Assembly: GCF_963853765.1 (NCBI RefSeq)
Contig: NC_088860.1
Location: 32,674,001 to 32,738,000, forward strand
Source: Magallana gigas
Taxonomy: Eukaryota
Length of the DNA: 64,000 nucleotides
Reading direction: 5' to 3'
Part shown: positions 42,601-56,489 of the stretch, piece by piece
Numbering within the stretch: the stretch's first letter is position 1
How the letters are laid out: each line of letters starts with the position of its first letter
Notes under the pieces: model-generated
The model's input: the letters and a program-made list of their open reading frames with translations, nothing else
Databases searched by the model: none
What the model was told of the DNA's origin: nothing
Program-made: the position numbers and the translations under genes

Positions 42601-45600
42601 TACATGTTAAGCCATGAAATCATGTTTATACCGGAAGCTTATTTCTAAACGGAACTCAAATGACGTGTCTAATACATGTTTAGCTATGAAATCATGTTTA
42701 CACCGGAAGCTTATTTCTATACATGTATTTACCAAAAGATATGAATGAAGAAATAACACGGACATTTTCAGACATTTTAAGCAAAGTCTAGATCTAGCTG
42801 CAGAACTGTAACTCTATGGGAAATTCGGGTTGATGGAACGTGAACCATTAACTCGATTTTCCCGTAAAACTAAAGCTCTGCAGCTAAGTCTAGATCTCGC
42901 CTTTTAAAAAAAATAAATATTACATTTGATATAATCTTAAAAAGTTCCATTTTGTTACAAAGCAGTTGGTTTATTCTCCTTAGTATGCATCTACAATGAA
43001 TAGTTCTGCATTTGTCTAAAAATGAATTCAAGTATGAGAAACATCTGCATTGTATGCTAAATCCCAGTTTTATGTATAAAAGTGCATCCCAAAACTCCTA
43101 AATCAAATGACGCATGATAACGTCTTTACGTCATGACGGGAAATGCCGCTTTAAGCGCTGCGTTTAATCGTTCGTTGTGGTTTGATTTCTTTGATTCAGA
43201 CTTAACTCTGATTCCCCTAGTATAACCCTTGCTAACCACCTGGGATTTTCAGACTCGTTAGTTATAAGAACATGTTTATCTGCCGGGCCCATTACTTTGT
43301 CGAAATTGTTTAAATTTCTGTATAGTTTTCAGGCCGTATGTACAATATCAAATCAGTTTCTGACGCGAGTAGAAAACCATGTTTTTCTATCAGATGTTCA
43401 TTCGAGGTTTTTATTCGACTTCTCCTACTGTATTGGACCACTGGGGGCGAACGCGAATCGTCGTTAATTCCTTCTGACAATCGCTCCCCCGTGCCCCGGT
43501 CTCGTTCATAAAAATCTCGGCAGGAAAATGGAATTGGTGGATGTTTTGGGATTATAACCAAAATATTGAATTTTTCAGAGATTTTGTCTTTGGTTTTCAT
43601 GGCGAAATAAGTTACCCTAATGAAATTTTTCTTTGGCGATTTCGTTAAATTGATTCATTTGCCTTAGTATGTAGGATCAGAAAACGAGGTTATAGGATTT
43701 GATTGAAAATATTATCAAACAGAGTTAATTGAATTGTGAACGTTTTATGGTGTCGAGGGCATTGTATCAATTATCGTTCACACGGTTGAAAAAAAAACAC
43801 GCCGTAGTTCATTGGTCATATCTCTAAAGCTTAAAATATCTTCAAAAGTGACCGTTTCTGAATAACAATATTTGCTAGACTGATATACATGTATGTAGTG
43901 CATCATCATTCATTTACAATCTGCAATTGTGCACGTTTTAGATTTTTGCGCCTGTCGTTTATGACATATATCTTATCCTTTCCCTTGTTGTGAATTGCAC
44001 AAAAACCACATCTGGCCACGATTTATTTCATGTAAATGGACCTGTGTGTAGGTCCTATGTATATATAATAATTATATAGACATTATGTACATGTCAGGAA
44101 TATCAGAAAGAATTAATTCATATATTTGTTCATTTGTACCAAGTTCTACGGATATGCTATAATCTTGTTATACAATCATGTCGTTCCTTGATTTTTGTAA
44201 CTACAAGCAATCCTTGACTCTGCATTTTCTTAAATAATGCCCTATAGAATTGTAATATCACGTCATCATTTCAAGAATTATAGGACAAGCTGACGGGAGT
44301 CCAAATATCAAATTCTTTGATGCTTTATTATCTCGAAGGAAGATATAGAATTTCTGAATAACGTTTTAGAAAAGCGTTTAATTATATATTGGCGTACAGT
44401 CAATTTATTTTACTTCACTTTCGTTCAACGGCAACGAAAGAGGGTATAACTAAGAGACAGACAAAATTCGAAAAAAGAGCTTTCGAGGTAAAGAAAAACA
44501 GCAGAAGATAGATTGAGGCTTATGACAAACGGTACGTGCACTTTAGGAACAGGCCCGCTCAAGTCATGCACTGCGCGATTTAACACGCACCCTTTGTGAA
44601 TTTAAAGTTTTTATGCATTGCAAAGCTCTAAAGATTTAAACCTATAAAACAAGTAAATACAGGGTAAATTCATCTATCGATATCTACAGACAGCCATTGA
44701 TCTATAACAACTGGGGAATTTTAAAATTCATGTCGTCTCCTTTTCCTATTTTATTGTGCAAAAATCACTGATGGAATAAAGCGAAAGTAAATCTTCATTT
44801 TAAAAGCCAAGCCAGAACAAATATGAAATCAATGCTGAGTTTAAGAGGTTTTACCAATTTTAAGAACGATAGTTTTTTTTTTTAGTTTATATGCATAAGA
44901 GAATGATGCTTTAGAATCTACACAGTAGAAAATAGAAGCAACAAGTGACTTCTTTCCATCACAGTTTTGTTTTATTATTTGATTTGACAAGTCTTACATA
45001 ACCCTTGTACTATTGGAGAGCTTTTTCCTACTTCTGCTGCAGAATTTTCATCGTCATGTGGTTTTCATTTTCCACCATGGCATCTCTGTCTGTGTGTGTT
45101 TTTGTTTCCTGTTAAGTTTGACATCCATCTTGTCATAATTATCATATACACCCTTACAACCACGTCATAACAATAGGAGGAAAGGGGGGGGGGGGTCTAC
45201 CGTTCGTCGATGGAACGAACCCAAATTAACCCCACTATAGCGAATAATCTCTATTCCACAGATTTTTATGATAGTTTTAATTAATTTCCCCCCAAAAAAG
45301 ATGTTGTCTCTCTTCCCCCTTCTTTCTCTTTCTCTCATCAACAATATTTAATTAAGAGTGTCATGCAAAAGCTAATCTGGAAGATATTATACTCGATAAA
45401 ATTAATTACTAACTTTATTACCCACACAATACTGCTTTCATCATCAATCTTATTACCTATACAAGAAACTAATATCAATATTACCTATACCGTAGGTTTT
45501 TTTTACTTCGATTTTTTTTTCGTAACGGAAACAATTCTTTGATATGGTAGGATTATATTGGAACAACGAATCGGGTGTGACGTAATGGGCTAGAATTACA

Positions 45601-48600
45601 TCTTAAAGTGCATCTCTTCAAATTACCCACCAAATTAATTGCAGTTGCTGTCCCAACACAACCCTGAAGAGGCTTTTGGCCTTTTATATTTAGATAACAG
45701 AAACGTGAAATATGCCGGGTTCCCGTTACAATAAAGTGATTAACCTACTGCAATTGTCGCACCACCCAGGGGATATTCCATACACGGCGGGTATTTGTTC
45801 AGTGTTCGTTCCTAACAGAAAACATATTCACTAACGTTGCCCGGTTAAAGATATTGAAAAAAGAAGTTTATAATTCTATGTACGACAAGTTTAGGATTGT
45901 TATACTTAACGTTGACTTCCCTCCTGCTTAATTTCCCCTCTATGTGTCATGGGACGTAATCTGTGCAACAAGGGGGTAGGCAATGGCGGACAATGCATTG
46001 CCGAGATTTGGCATGACTGTTTTTATCGATTCCATTAAATAGACTTACATTTTCTTCCTAAACCCCTTGAGTGAAACATAAAAGCATTGTATCGATTTTA
46101 GACTTATCTGCAAACGACTTTGGAAATCAGCGTCGACATAGCGTTTAATGATGCGCCGTAGATGGCTGTCGTTAAAAGCTGACGTTTGGCGGCTGACTTC
46201 CGTTCATTAATAGAACAAGACGTCACTAAAAGCCGCAAATGACCGAGAATCTTGTTGAAAATTAGCAAAATAAGATGTCTATTTTTATTACGATATACCA
46301 AAAACTTTTGGCGTTTGAAATTTATGTGTTTTGTACAAAGATTTGATGTGTATATTTATATATATTATCCTCGAAATGCACACATTTATCAGATATGCGA
46401 CCATAACGTTCGCACAACAACCATAAAACATTCTTTCATGACGTAAAGCTGAATTTAGGACATTCATTACTACAGTTCAACATGAACTTAAATCCAGTTT
46501 TTTAGAAATCTAAACTTACTTAAGAACGAAATAACATGTACACAAATTTTGCCTATTTTAGCTGAGTTACTGATGACGTTATTTTTATTTTCAGTTCATA
46601 GAAAAACGATACAGAGAAGAATCAGCTAAAGGTAAGCTTTATACAGACGCCATCACGTCTGACTGAAGAGTTACTTCAAGGGGAGATAACTTCACTCCAT
46701 TACACATTCCTTCCTCGAGTCGATATATCTCAAAGAGTCTTGTCATAATACGACTGCTTGCCACAAGTACAGAGTATAGTGCTTTCAGGGGCTTGATTGT
46801 TTGTTATTGCTTAGCTTTGTCACGCTGCCGTCAGATCAATATTGATACGACACAAAATTAGATACTTCATATTGTTACCCAAACCTCTTGGTTAACTGAG
46901 GCCTTTGATAGGAAAAGCAACCTAAATTAGATTGTGTTTAATTAAGCTTGTGCCGTGTTATGAACGTTGTTACGACAGTTGAAGGATCCGGGGATTTATG
47001 GGTCTTCTTTGAGAAGGCTCCGTTATTTAGCTTTTTGCTCTGTGGAATGTAAAAGCCGTTGACAGCATCAAATGATGCTTGCTGATTTCTCTCACGGAGG
47101 CAACCCAAAACTGCGATTGATTTCCATTAATGCTGTTTAAAACTAGTTTCCTTGATTCATTTACAAAGACATTCATCGATCTAATGTTGTTTGAATTATT
47201 CTAGTAATTTGGGATTCGTGTTTTTTGCTGTTTAATCTTGGGTTGTTTTTTTAATGATTCCTTTTAAGGATCTAGTAATACATGTATGATGTTTTTGCAA
47301 ATACATGTATGCATTGAAAATAAATTGCATACCCTTCTTATAAATTTGTTCTTACTCATATTTTTCTTTAAAATAAAAATTGTAGAATTTTTAAATAGAA
47401 TTTGCCTATAGTTCAAAGAAGGTACTCTGTTGGCATGGTTACAGATACCTTTCCTACACTTCGATATTTCCATAGACAAACAACAAATATTTGGATGATT
47501 TTTGAAATGTAAATGTTTTTATCCCTTTACATTTGAATTGCTGATTTATTTGTCCTAATAATTCTGGGGGATTGGTCTTTAACACCCGCGAGTTGTGGAT
47601 TTAATCATTTGATGATTCTTTCGGTCATCTTGCATGAGTTTGATTTCGATTAGATCTCTTAGAGGAGCAAGAGATAGCCGGTGTGCTATTACAAAATAAA
47701 TATGAAATACCAGCATTTAAGACGAGGCACCAACATCTTAATCAGAAAATAAACATTGGACGAGGCTCTCTAAGTTAAAGTTCTGGTTAGATTACGGCAC
47801 TTAAAAACATGATTCTAAATGGCTGGAATCTGGTACCTTTCTTTGACGCTGGGAAAATGAGTTGATTTATAAGATTTACCAATTACATTACATTTGAAAA
47901 CCCTGGTGTACAGTTATTTTAAATAGGGACGAGAAAAAGTTCGAAATTCCGAATCGATAGATTATTATTTTTCGGTCCGTTGTGCGAAAATTTGAAAGAG
48001 AGCCAACTCACTTTCAGGTTTTTTAAAAAAAAAATGCATAAGATACCTATATATTTTTCAAATGGCTTAACTTGTTAGATTGCCGCTTGGAATGATAAGT
48101 TAAAGAAAAGAGGGAAAGAAATATCCAATAAATAAATGTTTTGACGCGCTTCATTGGTTTTACTTATTGACTTTTGAGTTTTAAATTTGTTATTGTATTT
48201 TTTTCTTCTTCGTGGTTTTGGCCTGTTTAGGGCGATTTTGAAATCCTCCATATATGAAATCTCCACAATGGTGGACTCAAAACGCTTTTGTATAGGACGG
48301 ATGACAATTTAAAATGTAAATAGCGAATATTTATACCTCGTTTTAAAAGCTAAACAGCGCCCGGAAAACCTATAAACTGCCTGCCTCAAAAAGAGACAAG
48401 TATCTAATAAATTCTCTTTCACCCTTTTGTCCCTGTACATGTAAAGTGTTAAATGTTGATCAAACACCGTTATCCAAAACCATGAGTTTGAATATGTGTT
48501 GTCAGGGTTTGAAGTGGACAATAATAGGGGTCGAAAAATTGTAATGTTCACAAAGACTTTCATGGGTCAAGCGGGAATTCAGAATTCTCTCCTCGTGGAA

Positions 48601-51600
48601 GGGGGGGGGGGGGTCGAAGGGATAAATGTGATTGCGCGGGGGTGGGGTGGGGGGGGGGGCAATGTTAGCAATTTTACGAGGGAATTTGATAAGTTTGAAT
48701 ATTCAAGGAGGGTCCCCTTCTAGATTCACGCAGAAATTACGATGATTAAGTATAGAGATTTTTGCCTACCAAAATTTTTGGCATACATTTGTGTACACAT
48801 ATAATGACTTGCCCACTTTTGTATGTCTCTCGGTTCTTAAGGTGTATTTTGATGTTTGCCACATTCTAAAACACCACACAATAGGTCCCAATTCAACAAA
48901 ATTTTGGAAAAGAAGAATATTTTGTACATTTTGGATTATCTTTTCACATGCTTTCAAAACAACGGATTTATACATGTAATTGCATCTTCACTTAGCAATG
49001 ATGAAACTTTGCACAAACCATTCCCCAATATAATAGAACAATTTATTTTTTAAAAAAAATGCCAATCCTGTAAAATGCTAGCGTATAAAGTATATATGAA
49101 ATCTTTTGAACCAAGCAAACTTACGTTCAGTCATTAAATAGCTGCATCGAACAGCTTGAATAGGAAAAACAGGGGCTTGATTGCATTCCATACACATGAT
49201 GTGTAAAAGGGGAGAGCAGAAATTTGAAAAATTAAGTAAAAATAAATTTTGAGAATCTCATTTTTTTTTTAGAATAGAGCAGTTATCGCCAGCCTTGGGG
49301 CTTATATGCAGTTTGTCGTTCTTTGGAGTTATGACCGAGTTTTCTCTGTTTTTATGATTGGCAGAATAGTGCAACTTAATGAGTTTTTGTACTTTCGATG
49401 TTGTTCGTTTATCAAAACATTTCCTATACTTTGTTGCACCCTGGAACTTTTAAGTCGTCAATGCACGAGAATAGGAAACTTGTGGAATATCGACCCACAG
49501 TTATAAGAACGAAGCGTTTCGTCTGTTGTTCCTAAACGACTCTCTAGCTAATCTAAAAGACAGATCTTAGAACCAAGCTTCTGTTTCAACATAATGACCA
49601 TCTGTTTTCCATACAGCACTCGTACACAGAGACAAGACAAAAACAAGCCTGTTGGAGGTGTATTTTACAAACATATACAAGTAGTCATTGTAAATAAGTG
49701 CGATCACATGACACTTTTCTTGAGAGATGTAGATAATTTCTGATGGGTCGCTGAAAATGTCTTCTAAATTCTTAGCATAAAATAAATCTTTGACTTTGAT
49801 TTGATAATTATTGTATTTTTAGTGTAATGTGAAGGCCTAGGGTAAAAGATAACGAACGATGTCTGGTTCTCTGGGAACCGTTGATATATATACAGTGTAC
49901 CCTGCTGCGAGAATTTTTTCTTGGCGGTAGGGGTGGGGTGTAATGATTTCACATTAAGATCTGTAAGTCTATTTTTGTCGTGTCGCCATTAATTTTTCTT
50001 TGAACGATATAAACCGAGGTGTCCAGTGGTTGACGCGAATAGCGGTAAAGAGAACTGATTGCAGCAATGCTTATCAGATAAAAATGTGCACGATCCCCCA
50101 TATATATTTCCTGGTTTCTTCGTCACGTTATGTTCAATGTAGTCACATGATAAGTCAGGTGGATGCGTGGTATCCATTTGACGCATCATCGTACAAACTT
50201 GTTGGAAGCTCTGACAATATTGGAACAGTACTTCTGCTAATTAGCCAAGTCATTGCAAATAAAATCATTTCATCAAACCGTAGCGACAAAGATTAATTTC
50301 GTCTCCGTCTCATTTACGCTATCGCCATGGATACGGTAATTCAGGACCATATGTTCTAATCAATAAAGGTAGTCTCTGAATCTAGAACAACGCTAATTTG
50401 ACGGGGAATGCGGGTACGAAAAATCTTATTTGTTCTACATACATATCTACGAGCGCCTTTCATAAAAACGGGGAAAATATCTCTCTTTGACAATGGCAAA
50501 ATATATCCCTTTGTCTCCTTCTGAATTTTGAAAATCACTCAAAATTAGTGACAACGAATTCCTGTTTTTAAAATGCATAAGTGTTGGTATTTTGGTCCAG
50601 AATTTTTGAGATGTGAACAGTAAAGGATATACATTTGTATTTACACAAAGCAGACGTTAAAGCTACAATCTCTGTGTTTAATGAATCGTAACTGTGCAAA
50701 AACACGATATTTCTGTTCTCTTTCACCCGACATTTGACTTAAAACAGCTTCAGAGAGCAAAAATATCTGGCATTTTGTCTCTCTTTTTTTTGTGGCGGAT
50801 GTTGCGAGTTGATATGGCGTAAAGAGGTTCGCTTTGTAACGTGGTGATTTTATGGAGAGAAAGTGCAGACCCTCACGCTTAGATCTGTGTATTGTGAAAG
50901 CTTTATTTTTTTACATCAATGTCATAAATTCTGAAATTGTTTGACAGACAATAAATCTACGTGGGTTTGACTTTTTTAACAAACACGTCCATCAAAATTC
51001 ATCTATGATACTGTTTCAGTAAAAAAAAAAAAAGTACATTGTAAATAACATCTGCGATACACATGCACATTGCCACTGTAGCATCAAAAAGTCAACGAAG
51101 TGTATTGTCCCATAACGATAGCAAAGTACAGTCGGTAGTAACATATGACATTAAGTTTGTCATTGTTGCTGTTCAGTATATGTCCCACGGACAAACTTTA
51201 ATGACTGATCAGATGAAATGTGCATCAATCGTGGAAAAAAAATAAATGCCAACCAAAATCTCATTCCTTGATTTCGTGTGCTTTTGTACGCTATCTAGCA
51301 ACGCACGTTACCATTGAAAAGTTACAATTGTAATATAATTTAATGTCTTTAGTCATATTCTTACTAAGTAGGTTCCTCTGAAACTTAATTTGGCTTGGGC
51401 ATGGCGATGGTTGATATCGAAGGGGATTTGTCTATCAATTTAGCCACACTGATGGAATTGAAATCAAACCGCTACCGTTAATCGCAGGGTGTTAACTTTA
51501 ATAAAAGATTGCAACAGTGTTCTCCAAGAGGAAAAAAGTCAGAATTTCAATTAAAGTATCATTACGTTCATTTGGCAGATAAATTGCTTCATTCATTCAA

Positions 51601-54600
51601 TACAATAACACGGGGCCCGCTTTGGGCCTGCTACTCTGGGTGTATTTAAGTTGATGAGGATTGATATGAAATCAATGACCAGAGTTAATGCACCGAGCTC
51701 GCAATACACATTCCGTGTACATCTACATACATATCTGTTTCTAAAGACTGCTAATATCTAGAGGCCTATGACTTTAAAAGGTTTTTTTAATTTCAAAAAA
51801 ATAGCCTGCTAAATTAAAACAGCCATAATAAGGACATTGACGCGACCCTGCAGTTGTATACAAACAGTCGCTCACAAAAAACACACCCAGCGTGTGCAGT
51901 CATTCCAAACGGTTTCCTCAATAAGATCTGTATTATATGCTGTCGATATTGAGATATGTGATCAACTGATTGGAATTATATTTTGGATTTACCTTTTCAG
52001 AATTATTTTGGCATCAGATTTAATTGATATCAAGATACACTGGATTAAACAAATATAAATAAAAGAGATACATGTAAATAAAGAGATTAAATTCTGTCGA
52101 TATACATATACGTGTACTCTTTGAACTGTTTAAAAAAAAAAATAAGATTTACATGCTACATGTTTACATGTACACATGTATATGATAGAACCATTTTAAC
52201 AAGACCTTGGACTTTCGGTTGGACGTACATGTAGCTATCTATTTGCGTCAAAACAAGTTAAAAATGACGCAGTTTCAAGCGAAATATGCACTGACTGCGT
52301 AGTCTACGCTCAAAAGCCAGACAAATCTTGTTGATTTCAAAGAGCCATGAGTGAGTGACCTACAATGAGATGGACAGACCTACGTCACATCGCTGTTTGA
52401 CACAACTACCCAAAGTCCAAGCTCTTGTTAAAATGGTTCTAAACTAGAACAAGATATTTTCTCTTTACTTGTACTTTTTGAACTGTTTTTAGAAATATTT
52501 ACATACGTAGATATAAAATGATAATTAAGACAGCAGTCGGACATAGTACTGATTGATCTGTATGTTTTTATGGGTTATTATCAAAATATGCAGCCTTTTG
52601 CGTCAGTGGCAATTTCAAGGGGGAAAAATAATGTTCTGGGGAATATATACAGTACCATTGGATTTTAGAAACTTAAACCTATATTGTTGAACAAATAAAT
52701 TGACAATTTTACTGCTTAAAGTATGAAAAAAATATTATTTGTTATGAGATTTCAGTGAATTTATGTTGTCATTAAATTTTTCCAACGTCTTTAACCTACA
52801 TTATCTTCAATAATATTGATGTTTTATTCCAAAAATCAACGTTCTTTTTCAAAACAACATTCATATATTAATTTCTGCTATGCTCCTTAACAATTTCTCT
52901 TTTAGAAACAATGAATTTGATGAGATATATGCTTGTACAAAAAATTTTTGTCATTGGTGTTACAAGGCAAATTAAATAAAAATATCTTAAAATACACCAA
53001 GTAAATAATATTGTACTACAATTGGAATCCCTCAGATCATAGTGATATCATTCCCTGCTACTAAAAAGATAAATGTATCAGTGATGACATCATTGTAATA
53101 AAAAATATGGCAGAAAATGTTAGTATGCTCCGAAAAATACAATGTAAACTGTGTCAGTGGGATAACGTGCTATTTAAGGTTTGCTATTATGAAAGAACAA
53201 AAAAGTTTTTCACATAAATGATGAATGTTTATCACATTATAACATAGGCTATGTAGCTTTGTGTAGTATCTGTTCTCTTGGGTCATACTGCTTCATTTAC
53301 TATGGATACATCAGTGGTATAACGGTCAGTGGTGTTACCAAAAATTGTTGTTACACCACTGAAAAAACTGTTACACCACATGACATTATTTAATTATTTT
53401 ACTTTTTCTTCCATTTCATTTATATTTTGAGCATTTTGAACAATTGCTATTTATCAATTTTGCAAGTTAGACACTGTCACAATAAAGAAAGCTTGACTAT
53501 TTAATTGCAAATGTGTTTTCATAATCTGGAAAATGAGACCTGTTACACCATTGACATTATTTGAAACACCATTGACATTTTGTATGCTCTAATTATGTTT
53601 TACCCATTTAAATACTTGATTAAAAATAGAAGTAAAAACAGATTCATTCTAATAAAGAAATGAAATAATCCACATTTTATTTTTTATTAAAAAATCAAAT
53701 TTTTTATTGACTTATAGTGTATTATAAGATATGTTATTCCACTGACATTTCTTTTATTTAAGATCAAATTTATCATGTTTTAAATGCAATCAAAAATAGA
53801 GATTAGTTTATTTTACAAAATTTAATACACTTATCTCTTATTTATTATCGCTAGGTCAGTGATGTAACTTTAAGTCAGTGGTAAAACATAACAATCAGTG
53901 GTGTAACATGTACATTTTTCTCCAAATAAAGTTAACTGGCAATGATACATGTATATTTGAAAACACCGTGCATTTATAGTAATGTCTTTTATATGCTCCA
54001 TTAAAAGAAAAATCCAGTTGTGTTCTTTTTATTGCTCAAATTAAAAATTTGTTGAGTAACATCAAGACTTTGTCTCAAATGTTATGTTGGTCACTATGTA
54101 AATGTGTCAAATATTTTCTGTTATCTAATTCTGATAACTTTAAATGAAGTTTGTTGATATAAACTTTATGTCCATCATTTTAAAAGAATTATTTTATTTT
54201 ATTTAAGAATTTTTTCCTATACTATATGCCTGTTACACCACTGACAAAATTTTCACAGTTCATTATATTTTAGTCTAATTATCAACTAAATGGTAGAATC
54301 CAATGTTTGCAAATTTTTAGATGTTATAATTCATTGTTTGTTAAATGTGTTTTTTGCAATCAAAGTAATTTTTTCAGCAATAATTTTCTTATGTTTTACA
54401 TTTTTCAAAAGTCTGCATATTTTGATAATGACCCTTATTTATAGGTAACATCCCAGTGACAGGGGAGCTGGTTTCCGTGGGAACGCATCAGACGGCGGCC
54501 CATCTTCTCGGCTCATTGGAGCACCTGGAGGATAATCATGGTAGATTTCTCCTCTTTTGGTTTTTTAATCAGTTTTATTGGGCTCAATTGGTTATCATTT

Positions 54601-56144
54601 TAAAGGACGAAAATGAACACCTTGGATTATATATTTTAACTCGTAATAACGAGAAATATTAAAATCATGAGACAATGTAATGATCATCTTTATAATGATG
54701 AGAAGAATAGAGTTGTTGTGACAAAATTTTCTTGTAATTGCAAAACAAATTGTTAAATTGCAAAGGACATTGTCGGTATATTCAACCGTATTTATTTCAA
54801 TTTATTCTGAGTATTTTCGAATTTTTAAAGGAGCCACATTTTTGTTAGAATGATATGAGATACAATTTATTTATTTATTTTGTAGGCAACAATCCTTTTC
54901 TTTTTTGTCATATTGTACAAAGAGCTAAATTAATCGTTAGGAATTTTAAAAAAAAAGAAAGATAAAACGCTTAGCAGCATTATTTTTTGAAAAATGTAAG
55001 TTTTGAGAGAAAAAGTCATGAACTGGCATGAATTGAATTGAAAATACTAGTAAGAATGAATTGAAAATTATTGAAAAAAATAATTGAAAATGTGCACAAG
55101 CAGATAAGTTCTCCTTGAACAAGACACATGAGGACGTCATCAATTTTATCTTCCTTTTAAAACGTGATTTTCTTTCTCATCATCCTATACATGGTTACCA
55201 AGTCTAACGATAGAAAAAATACCTTGAATTGAAATTCGTCAAAGGACTGATCGATGAATCCCGTCGTTTTATATGAGGAACAAACTAGATACTTTAAGAT
55301 ATTGTTAATCCTTTTTTTTTCAAAAAGGATGATTTCGATATATTTCATCAAGACTAACCAAACCTCAAAAGGTGCTAAATAAAAACTTCTTTGCATGTTT
55401 TTTTGTTTGACTTCACTAGTGATGCGTTTTTAAAGTTGCTTAAAGGCATCACAATTTGTTCATTTGATTTGATAGTAAGTGTTAACAGTATCATGTTTAT
55501 ATCACCCAGTTTTCTTGTTAACAAGTTACAATTTTATCACATGTAGTTTAAAATTTGAATTATATATAATATTACCGTAATACAAGCCCAACGCTAAAAT
55601 GTAAATTATACATGATATAAATGAAAAAAATATTGACAGGTGAGACAAGTATTTGTACAAAACAAGTAAAGTACATGGAAATAATTATATATTTTCTTTT
55701 CAAACAGAAAAAGGCACCCGTTTTTCAGTCCCACACTGGATTTACGACAGAGACATCGCCTTCATCAGCAACATGAAATACCAGCACGGAAGACTGGTGG
55801 TGCCCTCTGACGGCTACTATTACGTCTACAGCCAGGTGTCGTTCTTAGAACTGTATTCCGGAAGTAGCGGAGGCACACGGGCCGATTCCGTCTCCCACTT
55901 CCTGTGTCGCTATAATATCATCTACCCCAACGGAGGGGAGGAAACTCTGGCACAGAACACGGTCAGCAAATCCTCGAACAATCAGGTGGTGGGGGAGTAC
56001 AGCAGCCACTTGGGGGCGCTGTTCAAGCTACGGAAAGATGACGAGGTGTACGTGAAAGTTTCGGATTTGTCGCTCATGGTTCGTGACGTCAGGAAGAACT
56101 ACTTTGGGATCTTTAGACTGTCAAATATCACACAGAAAGAGTGA
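38769..56144 (+). CDS. TNF ligand superfamily member (TNFSF10/TRAIL-like fold), type II membrane protein, ~347 aa. Exons: 38769-39242, 46595-46631, 54445-54540, 55708-56144
   Basis: Hydrophobic anchor YLYGLTAVVVTGILILIIVVAVLF after the basic RLRR; Cys-containing stalk (ELCVPC..MCCVE); TNF homology domain TAAHLLGS..HW..AFISNMKYQHGRLVVPSDGYYYVYSQVSF..SSHLGALFKLRKDDEVYVKV..NYFGIFRL. Junctions TTG|GTAAGT, TTTTCAG|..G|GTAAGC, TTTATAG|..G|GTAGAT, AAACAG| are phase-compatible (0,1,1). Extra small phase-1 exons in the 7.8-kb intron 2 cannot be excluded. Confidence 0.9.
39260..39637. repeat. Compound repeat: (CT)n tracts alternating with ~60-70-bp duplicated units, start of TNF intron 1
   Basis: GTTCAGTT.ATA.CATTTTT.ATTAAAATCATAGA.TTTCTGTCGAATTTCT occurs three times (near 39328, 39383, 39514), separated by (CT)n runs. 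Confidence 0.85.
42577..42719. repeat. 72-bp direct tandem duplication in TNF intron 1
   Basis: ACGGAACTCAAATGACGTGTCTAATACATGTT.AGC.ATGAAATCATGTTTA.ACCGGAAGCTTATTTCTA starts at 42577 and again at 42649. Confidence 0.9.
42787..42896. repeat. ~110-bp imperfect inverted repeat (mini-MITE or hairpin)
   Basis: TCTAGATCTAGCTGCAGA...GGGAAATTCGGGTT / AACTCGATTTTCCC...TCTGCAGCTAAGTCTAGA. Confidence 0.6.
52188..52439. mobile_element. ~250-bp MITE with ~32-bp TIRs and TA flanks (Tc1/mariner-type target)
   Basis: TA|GAACCATTTTAACAAGACCTTGGACTTTCGGT ... ACCCAAAGTCCAAGCTCTTGTTAAAATGGTTC|TA. Confidence 0.75.
52572..54434. mobile_element. 1.86-kb non-autonomous TIR transposon with GGG..CCC ends and 4-bp TTAT target duplication (Sola2- or Kolobok-like), in TNF intron 2
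   Basis: TTAT|GGGTTATTATCAAAATATGCAGCCTTTTG ... CAAAAGTCTGCATATTTTGATAATGACCC|TTAT; internal motif GTCAGTGGTGT / ACACCACTGAC repeated in both orientations. Confidence 0.78.
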
Positions 56145-56432
56145 GGGATATGGATTCCATATCGGATATTCCTTTGTCATTGATTCATCAAACCGTCACT
56201 TTTTTAATTAAACGTAAAGTGAGTGTCTTTGTAAAAGTTATAGAAAAGCTGAGACAAAATTCCATTTCATCAATTAAACAGATTATTGTTTAAGGAATAA
56301 TTAAGTTCATTACATTATAAGAAAAAATAAAATATGTGCATATGTAATTTCATTTGTAGCAAACATTAGTGGGAGATGGTTTAATATGAGTGCAGTTTAA
56401 AAACATGTATAAGTTACTGTAATGTATTCTAA

Positions 56433-56487
<55 letters not shown>
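56433..56487. repeat. (TG)n(AG)n compound microsatellite in the TNF 3' region
   Basis: Direct dinucleotide runs about 290 nt after the stop codon. Confidence 0.9.

Positions 56488-56489
<2 letters not shown>

Noticed and set aside
46595-46631. Canonical furin site in the TNF stalk
   Set aside because: KRYR lacks the P4 arginine of R-x-K/R-R.
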